Origin: Octopus vulgaris
Taxonomy: Eukaryota
Direction: 5' to 3'
Assembly (NCBI GenBank): GCA_951406725.2
Contig: OX597815.1
Span: 181,164,001-181,228,000 of the forward strand
DNA: 64,000 nt
The position numbers and the translations under genes were made by a program. The stretch's first letter is position 1; every line of letters starts with the position of its first letter. The notes under the pieces were generated by a model, which searched no databases, was not told where the DNA came from, and was given only the letters and a program-made list of their open reading frames with translations. Shown here piece after piece: positions 27,850-41,861 of the stretch.

Positions 27850-28282
27850 TATATTTAAGTCGTTATGTTAGAAGAATGTTATAAAATTTTGTGTATAGTA
27901 ACATACTTTTTGGAGAAAAAATCGTTGAAGGTGTCATGGGTAGGTGGTTGTTGTTATACTTCGGATAAAATTACAAATGAGGACATACTTAAAGAAAAAA
28001 AAAGTATTAATGCACAACTTATTACCTTAAATAACAAAATCGAGGACTCAAATCTACTCGCCCGGGAAAGAAAAAACAGGTAAGACACAACTCACTACAC
28101 TGACCAGGTTAGTAATGATTTACAACTTTTATGCACAACCCTCAACTCAATATTCATTAACAAACCCAACAATGAACAACAGCCACCTACCCACGACATC
28201 TTCAACGATTTTTTCTCCCAAAACTATGTTACTATACACCAAATTTTATAAAATTTTTTCTAACATAACGACTTAAATATAT
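27850..28282. repeat. ~105-bp inverted arms around ~220-bp core, ending at (TA)n
   Basis: tatatttaagtcgttatgttag..gggtaggtggttgttgtt versus aacaacagccacctaccc..ctaacataacgacttaaatata. Confidence 0.8.
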
Positions 28283-28287
28283 ATATA

Positions 28288-28492
28288 GTTAATCCAAACA
28301 TGAAAGCACAAAAAAAAAACACAACAACGCGAGGAAGTGGTACAAATGTAGTATTATTGGACGCTCAGGAAAGAAGGAAAGAAGGAGGGTTTAACGTTTC
28401 GAGCGGAGCTCTTCGTCGGAAACATAGGAGAAGGAAAGATCCAGAGAAGGGAAGACAGAGGGAAAAACATCGCCAACGGTACACACGCGGTC
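28288..28492 (-). mobile_element. Short PLE-type 3' end, sister family to PLE A
   Basis: Between TA tracts; hammerhead-like motif followed by ttcctgagcgtccaataatac, resembling the PLE A tail. Confidence 0.65.
28389..28423 (-). ncRNA. Minimal hammerhead-like motif (U4C variant)
   Basis: Reverse complement reads GTTT-CCGACGA-A-GAGC tcc GCTC-GAAAC-GTT^AAAC. Confidence 0.68.
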
Positions 28493-28517
28493 ATATATAT
28501 ATATATATATACATAAT

Positions 28518-28770
28518 ATGAGATAAACTTTTGTATACAGTGCTCAGGCGCACTAAATCTAAGGAAACAAAAGCCATCAAGTGTACTGTTACGGATTTTA
28601 GAAAGCATGGAAATTTTGAAGGATGTAGTGTTTCGACCGCTAACGACTGATGCCGGTAGTTTATTCCATGTTTCAATAATTCTCGGCGTGAGAAAAAATG
28701 CTTCCGAATGTTATGAGTACTTTGTTGCTTTTTGATTTTGTAAGCATGTCCACAAATGTTTGATGTACAT
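28518..28770 (-). mobile_element. CR1-like LINE 3' fragment
   Basis: GHAYKIKKQQSTHNIRKHFF then, after a frameshift, RIIETWNKLPASVV..TSFK. Confidence 0.8.
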
Positions 28771-29268
28771 GGCGAAATTCTTTCACTTTCTGTCTGTCAA
28801 ATCCACTCCCAGCCCGAATCTATAGCGGAAGACACTTGCCCAAGGGACCACGCTGTAGGACTGAACCCGGAACCATGCCGTTGGGATGCAAACTTTTTAC
28901 CGCACTGCCACGCCTGTGCCTAGTCAGAAACTGTTTTCGTTATGTTGTTTTGGGTGGTTGGGGGGTAAGAAGCTTGCTTTCCAACCACATGGTTCCAGGT
29001 TCAGTTCCACTGTTTGTCACTTTGGACAAGTATCTTCTTCTAAAGCCTCGGGCCAGCCAAAGCCTTGTGAATGGATTTAGTAGATGGAAACTGAAAGAAG
29101 CCCATCTTATATATTAGGAACAGGAGTAGCTGTGTGGTAAGAAGCTTGTTTCCTAACCACATGTTTCCGGGTTCAGTTCCACTGCATGGAACCTTGGGAA
29201 AATGTATTCTATTATAGCTTCAGGCCGACCAAAGCCTTTTGAGTAGATTTTGTAACTGAAAGAAACCC

Positions 29269-29302
<34 letters not shown>

Positions 29303-30164
29303 GTGTGTGTGTGTGTGTTTCTGTTTGTCCTCCCCCCACAATCGCATGAACGATGTTGGTGCGCTTACGTCCGCGTACCCTAGCGGTTCGGCAAAAGAGA
29401 ACCGATAGAATAAGTACTAGGCTTATAAAGAATATGTCCTGGGGTCGATTTGTTCGACTAAAAAGGCGGTGCTCCAGTATAGTCGCAGTCAAATGGCTGA
29501 AACAAGTAAAAGAGTAAAAGAGCATCCCCTTCAACAGCATCCCAGTTGCTGCTGCTGCTGCTGCCGCCGCTGCTGCTTTTCATTATAACTGGAAGTATTA
29601 GCGACTGTGGTTGCAGTCTTGGGCTGCATATGCCCAAACGATGGGGGAGAACAGTGATGCTGCTGCTGAGAGCAGCCATGGTAGCAATGGTGATGGTAGA
29701 AGTGTTATTTTTGCTTCCGTTGCTATGCAACTCGCGATGCTGTTGATGTTACTGCTACTGCTGATGCGGCTGTTAGAGTTTCTGCTATTGTTGTTGAAGG
29801 CGGTGGCAATAAATCTGGCTGCCGCGCGTGCTGCCCTCAGCTTTTACTACCACGAAAGATGCCAAAATTTTTTTTTTCATTCAAACCCCCGAAAGTTTAA
29901 AAAATTATTTCAAAGGAGAGGGAAAACTGAGCAGTTATATATATATATCACTCTCTCTCGCTCCCTCGATTTCTTGCCATCAAATTAATTAATAAAAATA
30001 GTTTATCTGTCAAGTCGGTGCAGACTACTAGTTTTAAGCAAAACTCTGAAATGTAAACAATGTCTGGTTTCTGCATCGGCAAACAAAAATAATATTTTAT
30101 TTTTCCTTGCCACCAGGGCGACGGCGGATGGGGATAATTACAATGAGTTTGAGGATGAATTAGA

Positions 30165-30400
30165 CCAGAAGTTCTCAACCATCTTTTGCTTATGGACCCC
30201 TTCGATTCTTATTTTACTCATAAACCATTCGATGTTTTAAAAAGCCTATGTTATGATTTGAATATTATTAGGATTTGTTATGCAAAAATGTATAAATATT
30301 TTGTGTAGAAACATAACCCGTATTTGTTGCTGATGAACTTTAACAGCAAAATATTATAAGGGACCCCTAACGGCCATATGGACCCTGTTGGGAACAACTA
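30165..30400. mobile_element. hAT-like non-autonomous element
   Basis: cagaagttctcaacc ... gttgggaacaac; related copy starts at ~63683. Confidence 0.5.
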
Positions 30401-30815
30401 ACAATCGAGTGAGTGAAAAATAAAAAGGGCATGAAATTTAAGTAGATATAGTCGCAGGCGTGGTTGTATGGTAAGAAGCTGCCTTCAAACCACATCGTTC
30501 CTGGTTCAGACCCACTTCATGACCCCTTGGGCAAGTGTCTTCTGCTATGTTCTTGGGCCGACCAAAGCCTTGTGAATGGATTTGGTAGACGGAAACTGAA
30601 AGAAGCTCATCGTGTATATATATATTATTGTATATATAATATACAATAATTTCAGCCCCGGTGCCCCAGCATGGCCGCGGCCTTCGGGCTAAAACATTTA
30701 AAAAGATTTTTAAGGATTTAAGGATTTATACATCGGATCTTGCAGGCATGAAGTGGATTCGATCCACCATAAAGGATAAAGGATAAAAGAGAGTGATGAT
30801 GATGACGACGACGAC

Positions 30816-30879
<64 letters not shown>

Positions 30880-31355
30880 GTGAGGAGGAGAAGGAGGAGG
30901 AGAGAACCCTTCTGAAACAGAAGGCGTCTTACTAATTGAAGATTACCCTGAACACGAAATGTAACTTAAATAACCTAGATCAATGCTTCTCAAATTATCT
31001 GATGTGGAGTACCGGCAGCTTTTTTCCCCTCACTGTGTCAGCAACCGGTAATATTTCTTGACAATATTAATTTATACCGGAAGCAATATATATTAAATGG
31101 CAATATATAAATGGCGGTGCCCCAGCATGGCCACAGCTCATAAGCTGAAACTAGAATCAATCAATAGAATCAATATTATTACGGAGGTGTACTTGCATAG
31201 CAAGTGACCTGATCTGGTGAAGTCTTTTAGTCATATATGAGGAACCATGGCCCACTGTAGCAACGAGTCATTATTGTTGGAGACATATCTTAATTGGTTT
31301 TAGTTTTAAGGTGACAGGGAGAGAAAATCTCGGCAGATTTTGATTGCAGACAGTA

Positions 31356-31478
31356 CGAGGGGTGTATGAAAAGTCTTGAACCTAAAAAAAAAAAAACATG
31401 ATACAAGATTTCTGATGAAGGTACAAGAGTTCAAGGCTCAAAGGTCTTGAAGGCTCAAAACTTTTCATACACCCCTCG
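31356..31478. mobile_element. Mariner-type MITE
   Basis: TA|cgaggggtgtatgaaaagt ... acttttcatacacccctcg|TA. Confidence 0.85.
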
Positions 31479-31535
31479 TAAATAACCAGAGTCGGTATTG
31501 CTCTGCCCTTTGTCAATATTGCTATGCACTGATTA

Positions 31536-31945
31536 AGGCGACGACCTGGCAGAAACGTTAGCACTGGGGCAAAATGCTTAGCGGTATTTCGTCTGCCGTT
31601 ACGTTCTGAGTTCAAATTCGGCCGAGGTCGACTTTGCCTTTCGTCCTTTCGGGGTCGATTAAATAAGTACCAGTTACGCACTGGGTCGATATAATCGACT
31701 TAATCCGTTTGTCTGTCCTTGTTTGTCCCCTCTATGTTTATCCCCTTGTGGGTAGTAAAGAAATAGGTATTTCGTTTGCCTCTACGTTCTGAGTTCAAAT
31801 TCCGCCGAGGTCGACTTTGCCTTTCATCCTTTCGGGATAGATTAAATAAGTACCAGTTACGCACTGGGGTCGATATAATCGACTTAATCCGTTTGTCTGT
31901 CCTTGTTTGTTCTTTCTGTTTAGCCCCTTGTGGACAATAAATAAA
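31536..31945 (+). mobile_element. SINE family B dimer
   Basis: Junction aagaaataggtatttcg at ~31760. Confidence 0.88.
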
Positions 31946-32134
31946 TAAATATTGGTCTGCACTGGTCCTGGCAATCGCCCCGCCCAAATAATCGCTTCCT
32001 AATATAAACAAGAGGCCACAAATTTAGAAGTGAGTAGTCGATCGAACCAACCCTTGTACTTGACTGCTGTGAAGGCGCGTGGCTTAGTGGTTACGAACTG
32101 ATACAACGTACGTCCAAATACAAACGATAGTAGC

Positions 32135-32178
<44 letters not shown>

Positions 32179-32879
32179 GTTAAAATAAAGTTGTTCTTCG
32201 AAAACTTCTCCAGGGACAAATTGGAAACTAGCCCTGAAGTAATATGAGCCAGACTTTAATATTTCCCGAAATATCATAGCATAAACTGTTTCTAAAGAGA
32301 AATTTCATCAGCTTAGCATCACTGGAAAATATTCTATTTAAAAATGCTTTCATTGTTTTAACTTAGTATAAAGAATCTATTTATTATAGGAGTGTAACAT
32401 ATATCGATATTCTTGTTTTGCTAGAGCCATAGATAGACGTGTAGTGGTGTGAAGTGTCACCAGCGGATGCTTGAAACAACTTGCAGATTCGGCTTAACTA
32501 TACGCAGGAATCCATATTCCCAAAATAATTTTTTGACAAAATACACTGGGAAAAATGTGATATTCATGCCTTTTCTAAGGTTATATAGCGGCATAGTGAG
32601 GGCGCGAGCTGGTGGTTTCGATTCCCGGACCGGGCGATGAGTTGCGTTTTTGAGCAAAACACTTCATCTCACGTTGCCCTGCGATAACTTCGATATGTGA
32701 CATGTTGCACCCAGTTGCACCTGTACAGGTAACGTTGATTTGATGGAAGTAGTAAGCTTAATGTCCAGCACGAACTTTTGCTTTGTTGGTTATTTCTACG
32801 GAGTTGAATGAAAGAATGAACCCATTTTAAACGAAAACATGCTTTGTTGTTTACGCCCAGGAAGGATTAGATCCTCTCC

Positions 32880-32919
<40 letters not shown>

Positions 32920-33211
32920 CGCAAGTCATCCGAATCACTTAGGAGTACTGGAATGTGGATCGGTGGTTCATCACTTTTGATACAGAGCCCACCCACAACC
33001 TCTCTTGGACAGCATCAAATCCGAAGGAGCTGTTCATCTGTCACGGAGTAAAAGTAAATCGTTTCATACACTACTGAACTCATTGAGAAATCCATGATTT
33101 CATCCGCAGGAACACGGTATTTCGTTATGCAACAACAATATACTATAAAGTATATTAAACGTTTTTATAAGTCAGTACCACGTCCTGCTGTGTTAGCAGT
33201 GCGATTTTACA

Positions 33212-33509
33212 TTACTTGTTAAGGTTACCTCTACAGATAATCTATAGAAATTATAGCCAGCACTAACTTTTGTTACTACGTTTCGTATACGAGACATCAG
33301 ATGCAAACAAACAGTGAGATCGAAGATGAAAAATGAATAATATGACACAGAGGCTTTGGAATATGGAATATAAAGCCATTAACCAGCTTTTCGTTTTCGA
33401 TCTCATTGTTTGTTTATATCTGATGTCCCGAATAGTAAACATCGTAACGATAAATCAAAGCTGGCTATAATTTCTACAGAATACCTGTAGAGATAGCCTT
33501 AACAAGTAA
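33212..33509. mobile_element. MITE-like fold-back element
   Basis: ttacttgttaagg..tctacag ... ctgtagaga..ccttaacaagtaa; ~120-bp diverged arms. Confidence 0.75.
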
Positions 33510-33587
33510 ATCTCTAAGCAAGGTTTATCTGTCTCGAGAATAAAAAAAACAAAGAGAGCATTCCATTGTTGCTCTTGTGGCTGTCAT

Positions 33588-33621
<34 letters not shown>

Positions 33622-33736
33622 CCACCACCACCACCACCACCACCACCACCACCACTATCATGATCATCATCATGATCATCATCATGATCATCATCATCAT
33701 CATCGACGTCGTCGTCATCAACACCGTCTTCGTCGT

Positions 33737-33774
<38 letters not shown>

Positions 33775-34333
33775 TCTTATTTTCTTGGCATTTGTTTGTA
33801 AACCCTAGGTCAGCCTTCATCGAGCATGTCCACGAACAAAAGCGGTCAAGCCCTGACCACTACAGCATTATTTAAGTCATAGTGTATCCAGGTCTACGTT
33901 ATGGATTCTTTTCTGAAAAGGTTGGGCACAATTTGAAGGAGATTTAACTACTATTTTTAGCAGATTAAGTGATCGCAATGCATCTCTCTCTCTCTCTCTC
34001 TCTCTCTTTTCCCCTCTCTCTCTCTCTTTAGTTGGAACTCTGTTTTACTGAATGGTGGACAGTGTTCCTTCGAGGCACAATAACTGCATCAATGAACTTA
34101 TAATGTTTGAAACGGGATGTGAACTCGTGACCTTCAATCTGGCGACTCCCTTCCTGGCAATTATCCTTGCTGTATTTCATTTAATTTCTAACATAATCTA
34201 CTTAATGCTAGTTGATTAGTGTGACAGAGTTATAACTGAGAACGAAGTATGATTTCTACACATGTAAGGAAAAATTGATCAACCTAATAGAAAGAAGAAT
34301 ATATATATATATAAGAATATATATATATAACAA

Positions 34334-34378
<45 letters not shown>

Positions 34379-34469
34379 CAATAATTATTTGAGGGAATAT
34401 TATTCCTAACTTATAGGGGAAAATTCAATTTAGAAATACTAAATCAAATTTCACAAAATATAATATATA

Positions 34470-34718
34470 TATAAATTAGAAAAAAACACCTTTTATCAAT
34501 TCAAAATGAACAATTAAATTACACCATCTAGAAAATTACATATAATAGAAATATTCTACCAAATATATACATTTTTATTATTATTTTGCAATTTACTTAA
34601 TCATCGGTATATTATTGTTATTTTAATTTTAATATTTCCATTATATGTAATTTTCTAGATGGTGTAATTTAATTGTTCATTTTGAATTGATAAAAGGTGT
34701 GTTTTTTTCTAATTTATA
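34470..34718. repeat. AT-rich fold-back element in (TA)n
   Basis: ataaattagaaaaaaacaccttttatcaattc ... gaattgataaaaggtgtgtttttttctaatttat. Confidence 0.85.
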
Positions 34719-35406
34719 TATATATATATACACACGCACTCACTTGAGCACTGGTGACCCATATTTAAGCCCTTATCATTTTTATTCCCTTGAATTCCTA
34801 TTTTAGTATTTATTCATTTATGTTAAATACCATATCTCCCGTACCTTAGCAACTTAACATATTTACATCCGGTATCTCACAATACGAAAGCTGTATATCT
34901 GAAATCTCTGAATTAACTTTTGTCCAGTAGTTCACTATCTTTATTTGTCTAGCTCAATAATAAATTTTAAGGGGTGAAAGGTAATAATCTATAATTCTTT
35001 ATTCATTTATTTATTTTTCTCTCTGTGTCTATTTTCACTCTTTACTCTAATTTGATTTATCTATTTTACTTTATTTTTATTTATGATGTTTATGTACCCT
35101 AACATCAAGTCAATATTCTTATCGGTCTTTTAACAATTTCGTTATTTATTATAAGTAACAGATTACCTGAATATATTCCACCTTAATTATATATTAGTAA
35201 CTATACACACTTACTTTAAACTCGACATAATGATTTCCTATTGATTTATTAACTATAATTCTCACTAAATATGATTAGGGTGTTAGAACATCTGCATTGC
35301 TAGAAATAAAAGCTAAAATGCTCTAATGTTGTAGTTAAAGCACATAATTGTATATATGTATGTACTGACAACGACTGCAATCGCCCGAATACACCAGTCG
35401 AGTACT

Positions 35407-35457
35407 CCCCATACTGATCGGTCAGTTTCCACTCTTTCTGTAGCCTCATCAGTAGGG
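35407..35457 (-). ncRNA. Type-I hammerhead motif with full stem III, damaged stem II
   Basis: Reverse complement reads CCCTA-CTGATGA-GGCTAC agaaaga GTG-GAAACTGA ccga TCAGTA^TGGGG. Confidence 0.68.
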
Positions 35458-35926
35458 TTCGCTTAATTCCGCTGTTTCCCAACTTAATTCTCCATGATGA
35501 ATACATATATACTGACGGAGAATTAAGTCAGGAATCAGTCGAATCCATGATAATAATAACATAACTTTACCACCAATATATATATATATATATATATAAA
35601 CTGTACTGGGAGAAGAAGAAGAAACGAAACGAAACGGAACGAATCGAATCGTCAGTCATACAATAGTGTAATAAATAAAATACATGCATACATACATACA
35701 TATATGTACGTACCTACATCTACATGTATATATACATGCATATATAAATATATATACGTGAGTAGAGGACACCACAAATAGACGCAGAACTCAACGAGAA
35801 CGAAAACAAAAACAAGCATGGAACGAACCTTTTTTTTACAAAGAAAAAAATGAGTACTAGACAAACTACACAAGGAAAAATCCCCTTCATCAGCTGTCCC
35901 TAGTTCAACTCCAGCATGTTTCGAAG

Positions 35927-35975
<49 letters not shown>

Positions 35976-35976
35976 G

Positions 35977-36187
35977 TAGCCACTTTAACATGGCTGTCCG
36001 TTCGAGCGGACACTACGGCGATTTTTTTAACCCCGAGAAGACATCTCTAGCTGGTTAACAATGCACAGCTCCCCTGCTCGTAATTTTATCGGAGGCAGGT
36101 GTACCAGCTAGAGGAGATGTCCTCTTGGGGTTAAAACAAATCGCAGTAGTGTCCGCTCGAAAGGACACCCATGTTAAAGTGGCTACA
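35977..36187. mobile_element. MITE-like TIR element in (TA)n
   Basis: gtagccactttaacatgg ... ccatgttaaagtggctac; ~80-bp imperfect arms. Confidence 0.82.
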
Positions 36188-36345
36188 AATATATATATAT
36201 ATATATATATATTTCTGCGAACTTCCCAGTGGAAGCAATTTATTTCACAAACGTCGCTCATATTCGTTGGCAAAAAAAGGTATGAGCGTCAAATAAAACA
36301 ATTTTCCGTCCTCTAATATATAATTTATACGTGTAGGCCAAAGAA

Positions 36346-36725
36346 TATGGAAGCACTCCGTCGGTTACGACGACGAGGGTTCCGGTTGATCCGAATCAAC
36401 GGAACAGCCTGCTCGTGAAATTAACGTGTAAGTGGCTGAGCACTCCACAGACACGTGACACGTGTACTCGAGGATATTCAGCGTGACACAGAGAGTGACA
36501 AGGCCGGCCCTTTGAAATACAGGTACAACAGAAACAGGAAGTAAGAGTGAGAGAAAGTTGTGGTGAAAGAGTACAGCAGGGATCACCACCATCCCCTGCC
36601 GGAGCCTCGTGGAGCTTTAGGTGTTTTCGCTCAATAAACACTCACAACGCCCGGTCTGGGAATCGAAACCGCGATCCTATGACCGCGAGTCCGCTGTCCT
36701 AACCACTGGGCCATTGCGCCTCCAC
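36346..36725 (-). mobile_element. tRNA-derived SINE family C with 11-bp target-site duplication
   Basis: Head ggcgcaatggcccagtggttagg..gtttcgattccc; TSD aggccaaagaa at 36335-36345 and 36726-36736; other copies at ~37618-37970 and ~18225-18475. Confidence 0.9.
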
Positions 36726-37482
36726 AGGCCAAAGAAATCCCTTCAACTAATAATTGTCATTGAGAATGAATTAAAGTATTATCAAAATGATACCGCACCG
36801 CAGTTTCAGATCTCAGTTGATGTCGCTTTATATAATTCACACTGCTAATGACTTTAGAAAATACATGAATATCGTATTTTCCTTTGTATCTTGCGGCCAT
36901 GAAGCTTTAATATCTATAGAACGTGCTGACTTTAGGTTCAAACAGAATAAAGTTTATTTACATTTACCACACATATATACTTTCTAAACTAAAAAAACCC
37001 CATTTAGTTCTGTTTATCACATAACATTGATGGCATAACAGCTTGCAGTAACCCATTTGCAGTTTCAAATTGATTTACTATTTGCAATAAAGAATATCAA
37101 CTTACTTGGATTCCGTAACATGAACAGAAATGTAACTCAGATTTGTCTCAGTTGATGGCATAATATTGTCTGACAGACCAATCTGAATCTATAACGCCTC
37201 CAAAAGGAATCACAGCTTGTAATGAGATACATCAAAGCAGTAACCTTGTTAGAAGAGAAAGCGCTTGTGGGAAAAAAAGCACAATCTGGCTTTAAAAAGC
37301 TATTTTGTATTCTTTGATGTTATTAATATAAAAGAATGCAAGTCGTAGATTGTAAAATGTAAGTCGCATGCAAAAGCGATTTATCTGAGAAAAGGTCCCG
37401 TAAATAATATCATAAATTTACCAATATATACATACATACATACATATATATATATATATGTGTGTGTGTGTGTATGTATAAT

Positions 37483-37523
<41 letters not shown>

Positions 37524-39499
37524 TGTCATTTCAAGTACCATACAGTATATTGTTTCGTATATTTCAATTCCAAGATTTAATTTTGCTGAAGTCGATACCA
37601 TTTTTCCCTCTCAGAATCGTGGTGCTCCACGAGGGTTCCAGTTGATTCGACCAACGGAACAACCTGCTCGTGAAATTAACGTGCAGGTGGCTGAGCACTC
37701 CGCAGACACGCGTACCCTTAACGTAGTTCTCGAGGAGATTAAGCGTGACACCAAGTGTGACAAGGCTGGCCCTTTGAAACACATGCACAACAGAAACAGG
37801 AAGAAAGAGTGAGAGAAAGTTGTGGCCCAAGGGTACAGCAGGGTTCGCCACGCCGCTTCCGGAACCTCGTGGAAATTTAGGAGTTTTCGCTCAATAAACA
37901 CTCACAACGCCCGTCTGGGAATCGAAACCGCGATCCTACGACCGCCTAACCACTGGGCCACTGCCCCCCCCATACATTTCGGAGTAAAGTTAATAGTTAG
38001 TGAGAGGCTGAACCAATGTCATAAATATATTTTCTGAGGCAACTGATTTTATCTCTGGCACAAATAAGTGAAAATTGCGCAGGAATAATTTATGCTTGCA
38101 CAATGGATTTTCCCTGCGTGCAAATACCGAAACTTTAAGTTATGAAAAATATGAAAGGAGATTATATTTCCCAATATCACAAATACTTGGTTGAGATCCC
38201 TCTGAGTGGCACAAATGTCTTGCAAAACAAAAACCCCCCAAAAAATAAAATAAAAAATAACATAGATTTCAGCCTTAAGAATTATTACTTTTAGACATAC
38301 AAGCCATGCCTGCCGTAGAACACTTGAAAGTTTTCTAATAACACGTTGGTGTTCGATGAGCATACCATTCTTCTACTGATATAAACCGAATGCAAACTTA
38401 GAATTCAGTAAACAAGTGAAATTATAGAAGCAAGGAAAAATAGTCCAAAAAAACAGTAATTGCCATGTATGTTCTTTTCTACTCAAGGCACAAGGCTTGA
38501 AATTTGGGGAGGGACCAGTCGATTAGATCGACCCCGGTACGCAACTGGTACTTAATTTATCGACCTCGAAAGGATGAAAGGCAAAGTCGACCTCCGCGGA
38601 ATTTAAACTCAGAACGTAACGGCAGACGAAATACGGCTACGCATTTCGTCCGGCGTGCTAACGATTCTGCCAGCTCGCCGCCTTACGCCCCGATAATTAC
38701 ATTTAAAATATTCAGAAGTAAGCTCTGCGACATAAGTTGTCTTTGCGTCCGTCCCCGCCCCCACAATACTTTTTCAGTAACTTTTGGCTGTTTTGGCATT
38801 TCCGTCATATCAGATAGCCGTCTCCTACAGAACAAATGATTTGATTGTTTGTAACTTTTCGGCTAATATCCTACTTGTTAGCTAAATATATATTTTTTCT
38901 TCTTGTGGGACTGCAAGTTGTTACTAAACACGGATTTTCTTTTTACAAGGAAGTTGAGATAAAACGCAAGAATCTAGATAAACACGAAAGACTAGTTTGA
39001 CCAATTTTTGTTCTTATTATATGTAATGGCTTAAAAGGGCGGCGAGCTGGCAGAATCGTTAGCGCGCAGGGCGAAATGCTTAGCGGTATTTCGTCCGTCT
39101 TTCCGTTCTGAGTTCAAATTCCGCCGAGGTTGACTTTACCTTTCATCCTTTCGGGGTCGATAAATTAAGTACCAGTTACGCACTGGAGTCGATCTAATCG
39201 ACTTAAATCCTTTGTCTGTCCTTGTTTGTTCTCTCTATGTTTAGCCCCTTGTGGGCAATAAAGAAATAAGAATTTTTAGCATGCCGGACGAAATGTTGCC
39301 AAGTATGCCGTCCGTTTTTCCTTTCTGAGTTCATATTCCGTTGAGTTTGGTTTTGCTTTTCATCCTTTCAAGGTGGAAAAATTAAATACCAGTTGAGCAA
39401 TGAGGTCGATCAAATCGTCTTACTTCCACTCCCAAAAGAGAGTGCCGAAATTTGAAACCAATATATGTTATGGCTTCATCATTCTCCTTCGATCACCCT

Positions 39500-41245
39500 A
39501 TGGTTAGTCGGAACTCCATTGACAATCCCTTTCCACTCTACACAGTCCTGCATTGCTGTGTTAAGATTTCTAATATCCAGCCCCGAGTCTCATGATATAG
39601 ATTCTGGAAATGTCAGTTTCCTGGAGAAAACACTTCCAGAGGGATGCCGTAGGAGCAGGGATGAGATAACCTCTTTCTCTGCTCGATGATAGTGGCCAGC
39701 AAATTGTAGCCGTTTCCGCTTTAGCTTGAGGGATATTGGTATCAGATTTCCGTAGATGTTACTAAGTGTTGGGTTTCATCTTTCTGGGCAGGTTGGTATA
39801 TGTTCCAGCTTGTTGTTTTTCTAAGAGAGCCGATAAGGTCTAGGTATCTGATCCATAGAGAAGGACCGGCTCAATCAGTGTTTCTAAATATTTAAACTTT
39901 TAACGTAGGTGGAAGGTTTGAGTGCCAGATCTTAACAAGTCTGTTACATGGATCCCAAGCAAGAGCTTTGCGGATGTGAAAGTCCTTTTGGGAGTCTACT
40001 ATGTGTGATCCAAGATATTTGAAGCCGTCAACGTTTTTGATTGATATATTATTGAGCGATTTAAGTTCAGCTAACTTGGCGGAGGTCGTGATAAACTCCG
40101 TCTTACTCTCGTCGTAGTAAAGGCCGACCTGGTTTGCTGCTTTTTCCAGTGCCTGTAACAAAGATTCTGCATCTTTAATACAATGGGATATCAAGGCAAG
40201 ATTGTCAGCAAAGTCAAGATCAGTTGAATATTGTGCACAATGCCGACTGCTCTGGCGGGGTTTCAAAAAGAGTTCCTTTTCCTCCATATTGTCTAGGGAA
40301 ATGCGTAGAACATAGTCGAGAACAATGATGAACAAGAAAGCAATGAGTGTATCACCTTGCAGAACACTTGCTTCAACTTCGAAGGAATCAGTCTCTCCGT
40401 CAGGAGATATAAATGTGGCAGCGGTGTTTGTGTACTGTGCTCTGATAGCATCAACAATCCTGGGAGGAATACCATAGAGTGCAAGGATTTAAAACATAAG
40501 ATCTCTGTTAATGGAATCAAATGCTTTGCGAAAGTCTACAAAACAGACTGTGACGCTCTTGTTAAACTTTTTTCATTTCTTCCAGTATGCGACGGATAGA
40601 GAAGGATTTGAGCAGTTGTTGACCGGCCCCTTCTAAATCCATTCTGATTCTTACGAAGAAGTGGATCGCGCATAGGTACAATCCTATTAAGCAGAAGTTT
40701 GTTATAAACTTTTGCTGCAATTGGGATCAGAGCAATGCCTCTGTAATTTGCTGCACTTGTTAGATTGCCTTTTTGGGGGACAGAGACAATTCCACCCTTC
40801 AACCAAACTGAAGGAGGTAAATGATGAGCAGAAACCTAGTAATCATGAAATATTAGATCTTTCAACAGTAATGTTGGTATGTTATGGAGTCCTGGACATT
40901 TATTGTCAGCAAAACTACTGAGAGCTGCTTTGTGCTCATCCAATGTGAAAACGTCCGTGTTAATGTCTAATACATAAGATGGAAGACCGCGAGTTTGTGG
41001 TAGTTCTCCAAGAAGTTTCTGAAAGTGGTCAAACCAGTTGGCCTTGCACTTCTCAGGGGAACCACCTTTAAGTCTGATGCAGGGCTTACATTTTCTTCCA
41101 GTTAGTGTTTATTAATTTCCATACTGCAGCATGTTGTTTTGCAGTATGCAAGTATGCAATTTTGTTAATCTCAGCTAGAATGTAATCTGTTTCTACATTG
41201 GCACATGCCTCGTCTAATGTTCCTTGAGCGTTGGAAGCATCTTCG
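39500..41245 (-). pseudogene. Decayed RTE/RTEX-like LINE reverse transcriptase
   Basis: KGNLTSAANYRGIALIPIAAKVYNKLLLNRI..QNGFRRGRSTTAQI; FVDFRKAFDSI; VLQGDT; LDFADNLALI; FKYLGSHI; multiple frameshifts and stops. Confidence 0.9.
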
Positions 41246-41861
41246 AAGTTATTTTTAGTATAAAAGCACCAGATGAATATAAATAGTCAGTTCACAGTAA
41301 TTGGATGAACAGATAAAGACTGAAACTACGTAGGTTTAACCACACCATTCATAAAGAATGTAAGGATTAGAGAAACTCTATCAAAACGCATAAATTTATA
41401 CTCAAGTCCACTAATACATCAACTAACCAACAAACTAATGGCCTTCGGATCAGACGGTGGCTATCTGATAGGCTCGTTAGCACGCTGGGCAAAAACGATT
41501 AGCAACATTTCGTCTGTCTCTGTGTTCTGAGTTCAAATTTCGCCGAGGACTTCTTTGACTTTTCGCCCAGTGTGCCTAACGTTTCTGCCAGCTTGTTGCC
41601 TTGACACACAAAAATATCCTTTTCTACTGTAGACACAAGGCTCGAAATTTTGGGGGAATGAGCCAGTTGATTAGAGCGACCCCAGTACATAACTGGTACT
41701 TAATTTATCGACCCCGAAAGGATGAAAGGCAAAGTTGACCTCGGCGGAATTTGAACTCAGAACGATAAAATAAGTACCAGTTGAAAACTGGGCGCGATGT
41801 AATCGACTTCCCCGAAATCGCTGGCCTTGGGTCAAAATTTGAAACGGATATCTTCGGTTGA

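Noticed and set aside
35880-35930. GAAAC and CTGATGA on the minus strand
   Set aside because: Boxes are not connected by pairing stems; truncated by a TA tract
36640-36725. SINE heads as tRNA genes (also 26490-26559, 2345-2420)
   Set aside because: A/B boxes present but fused to SINE bodies; no convincing cloverleaf
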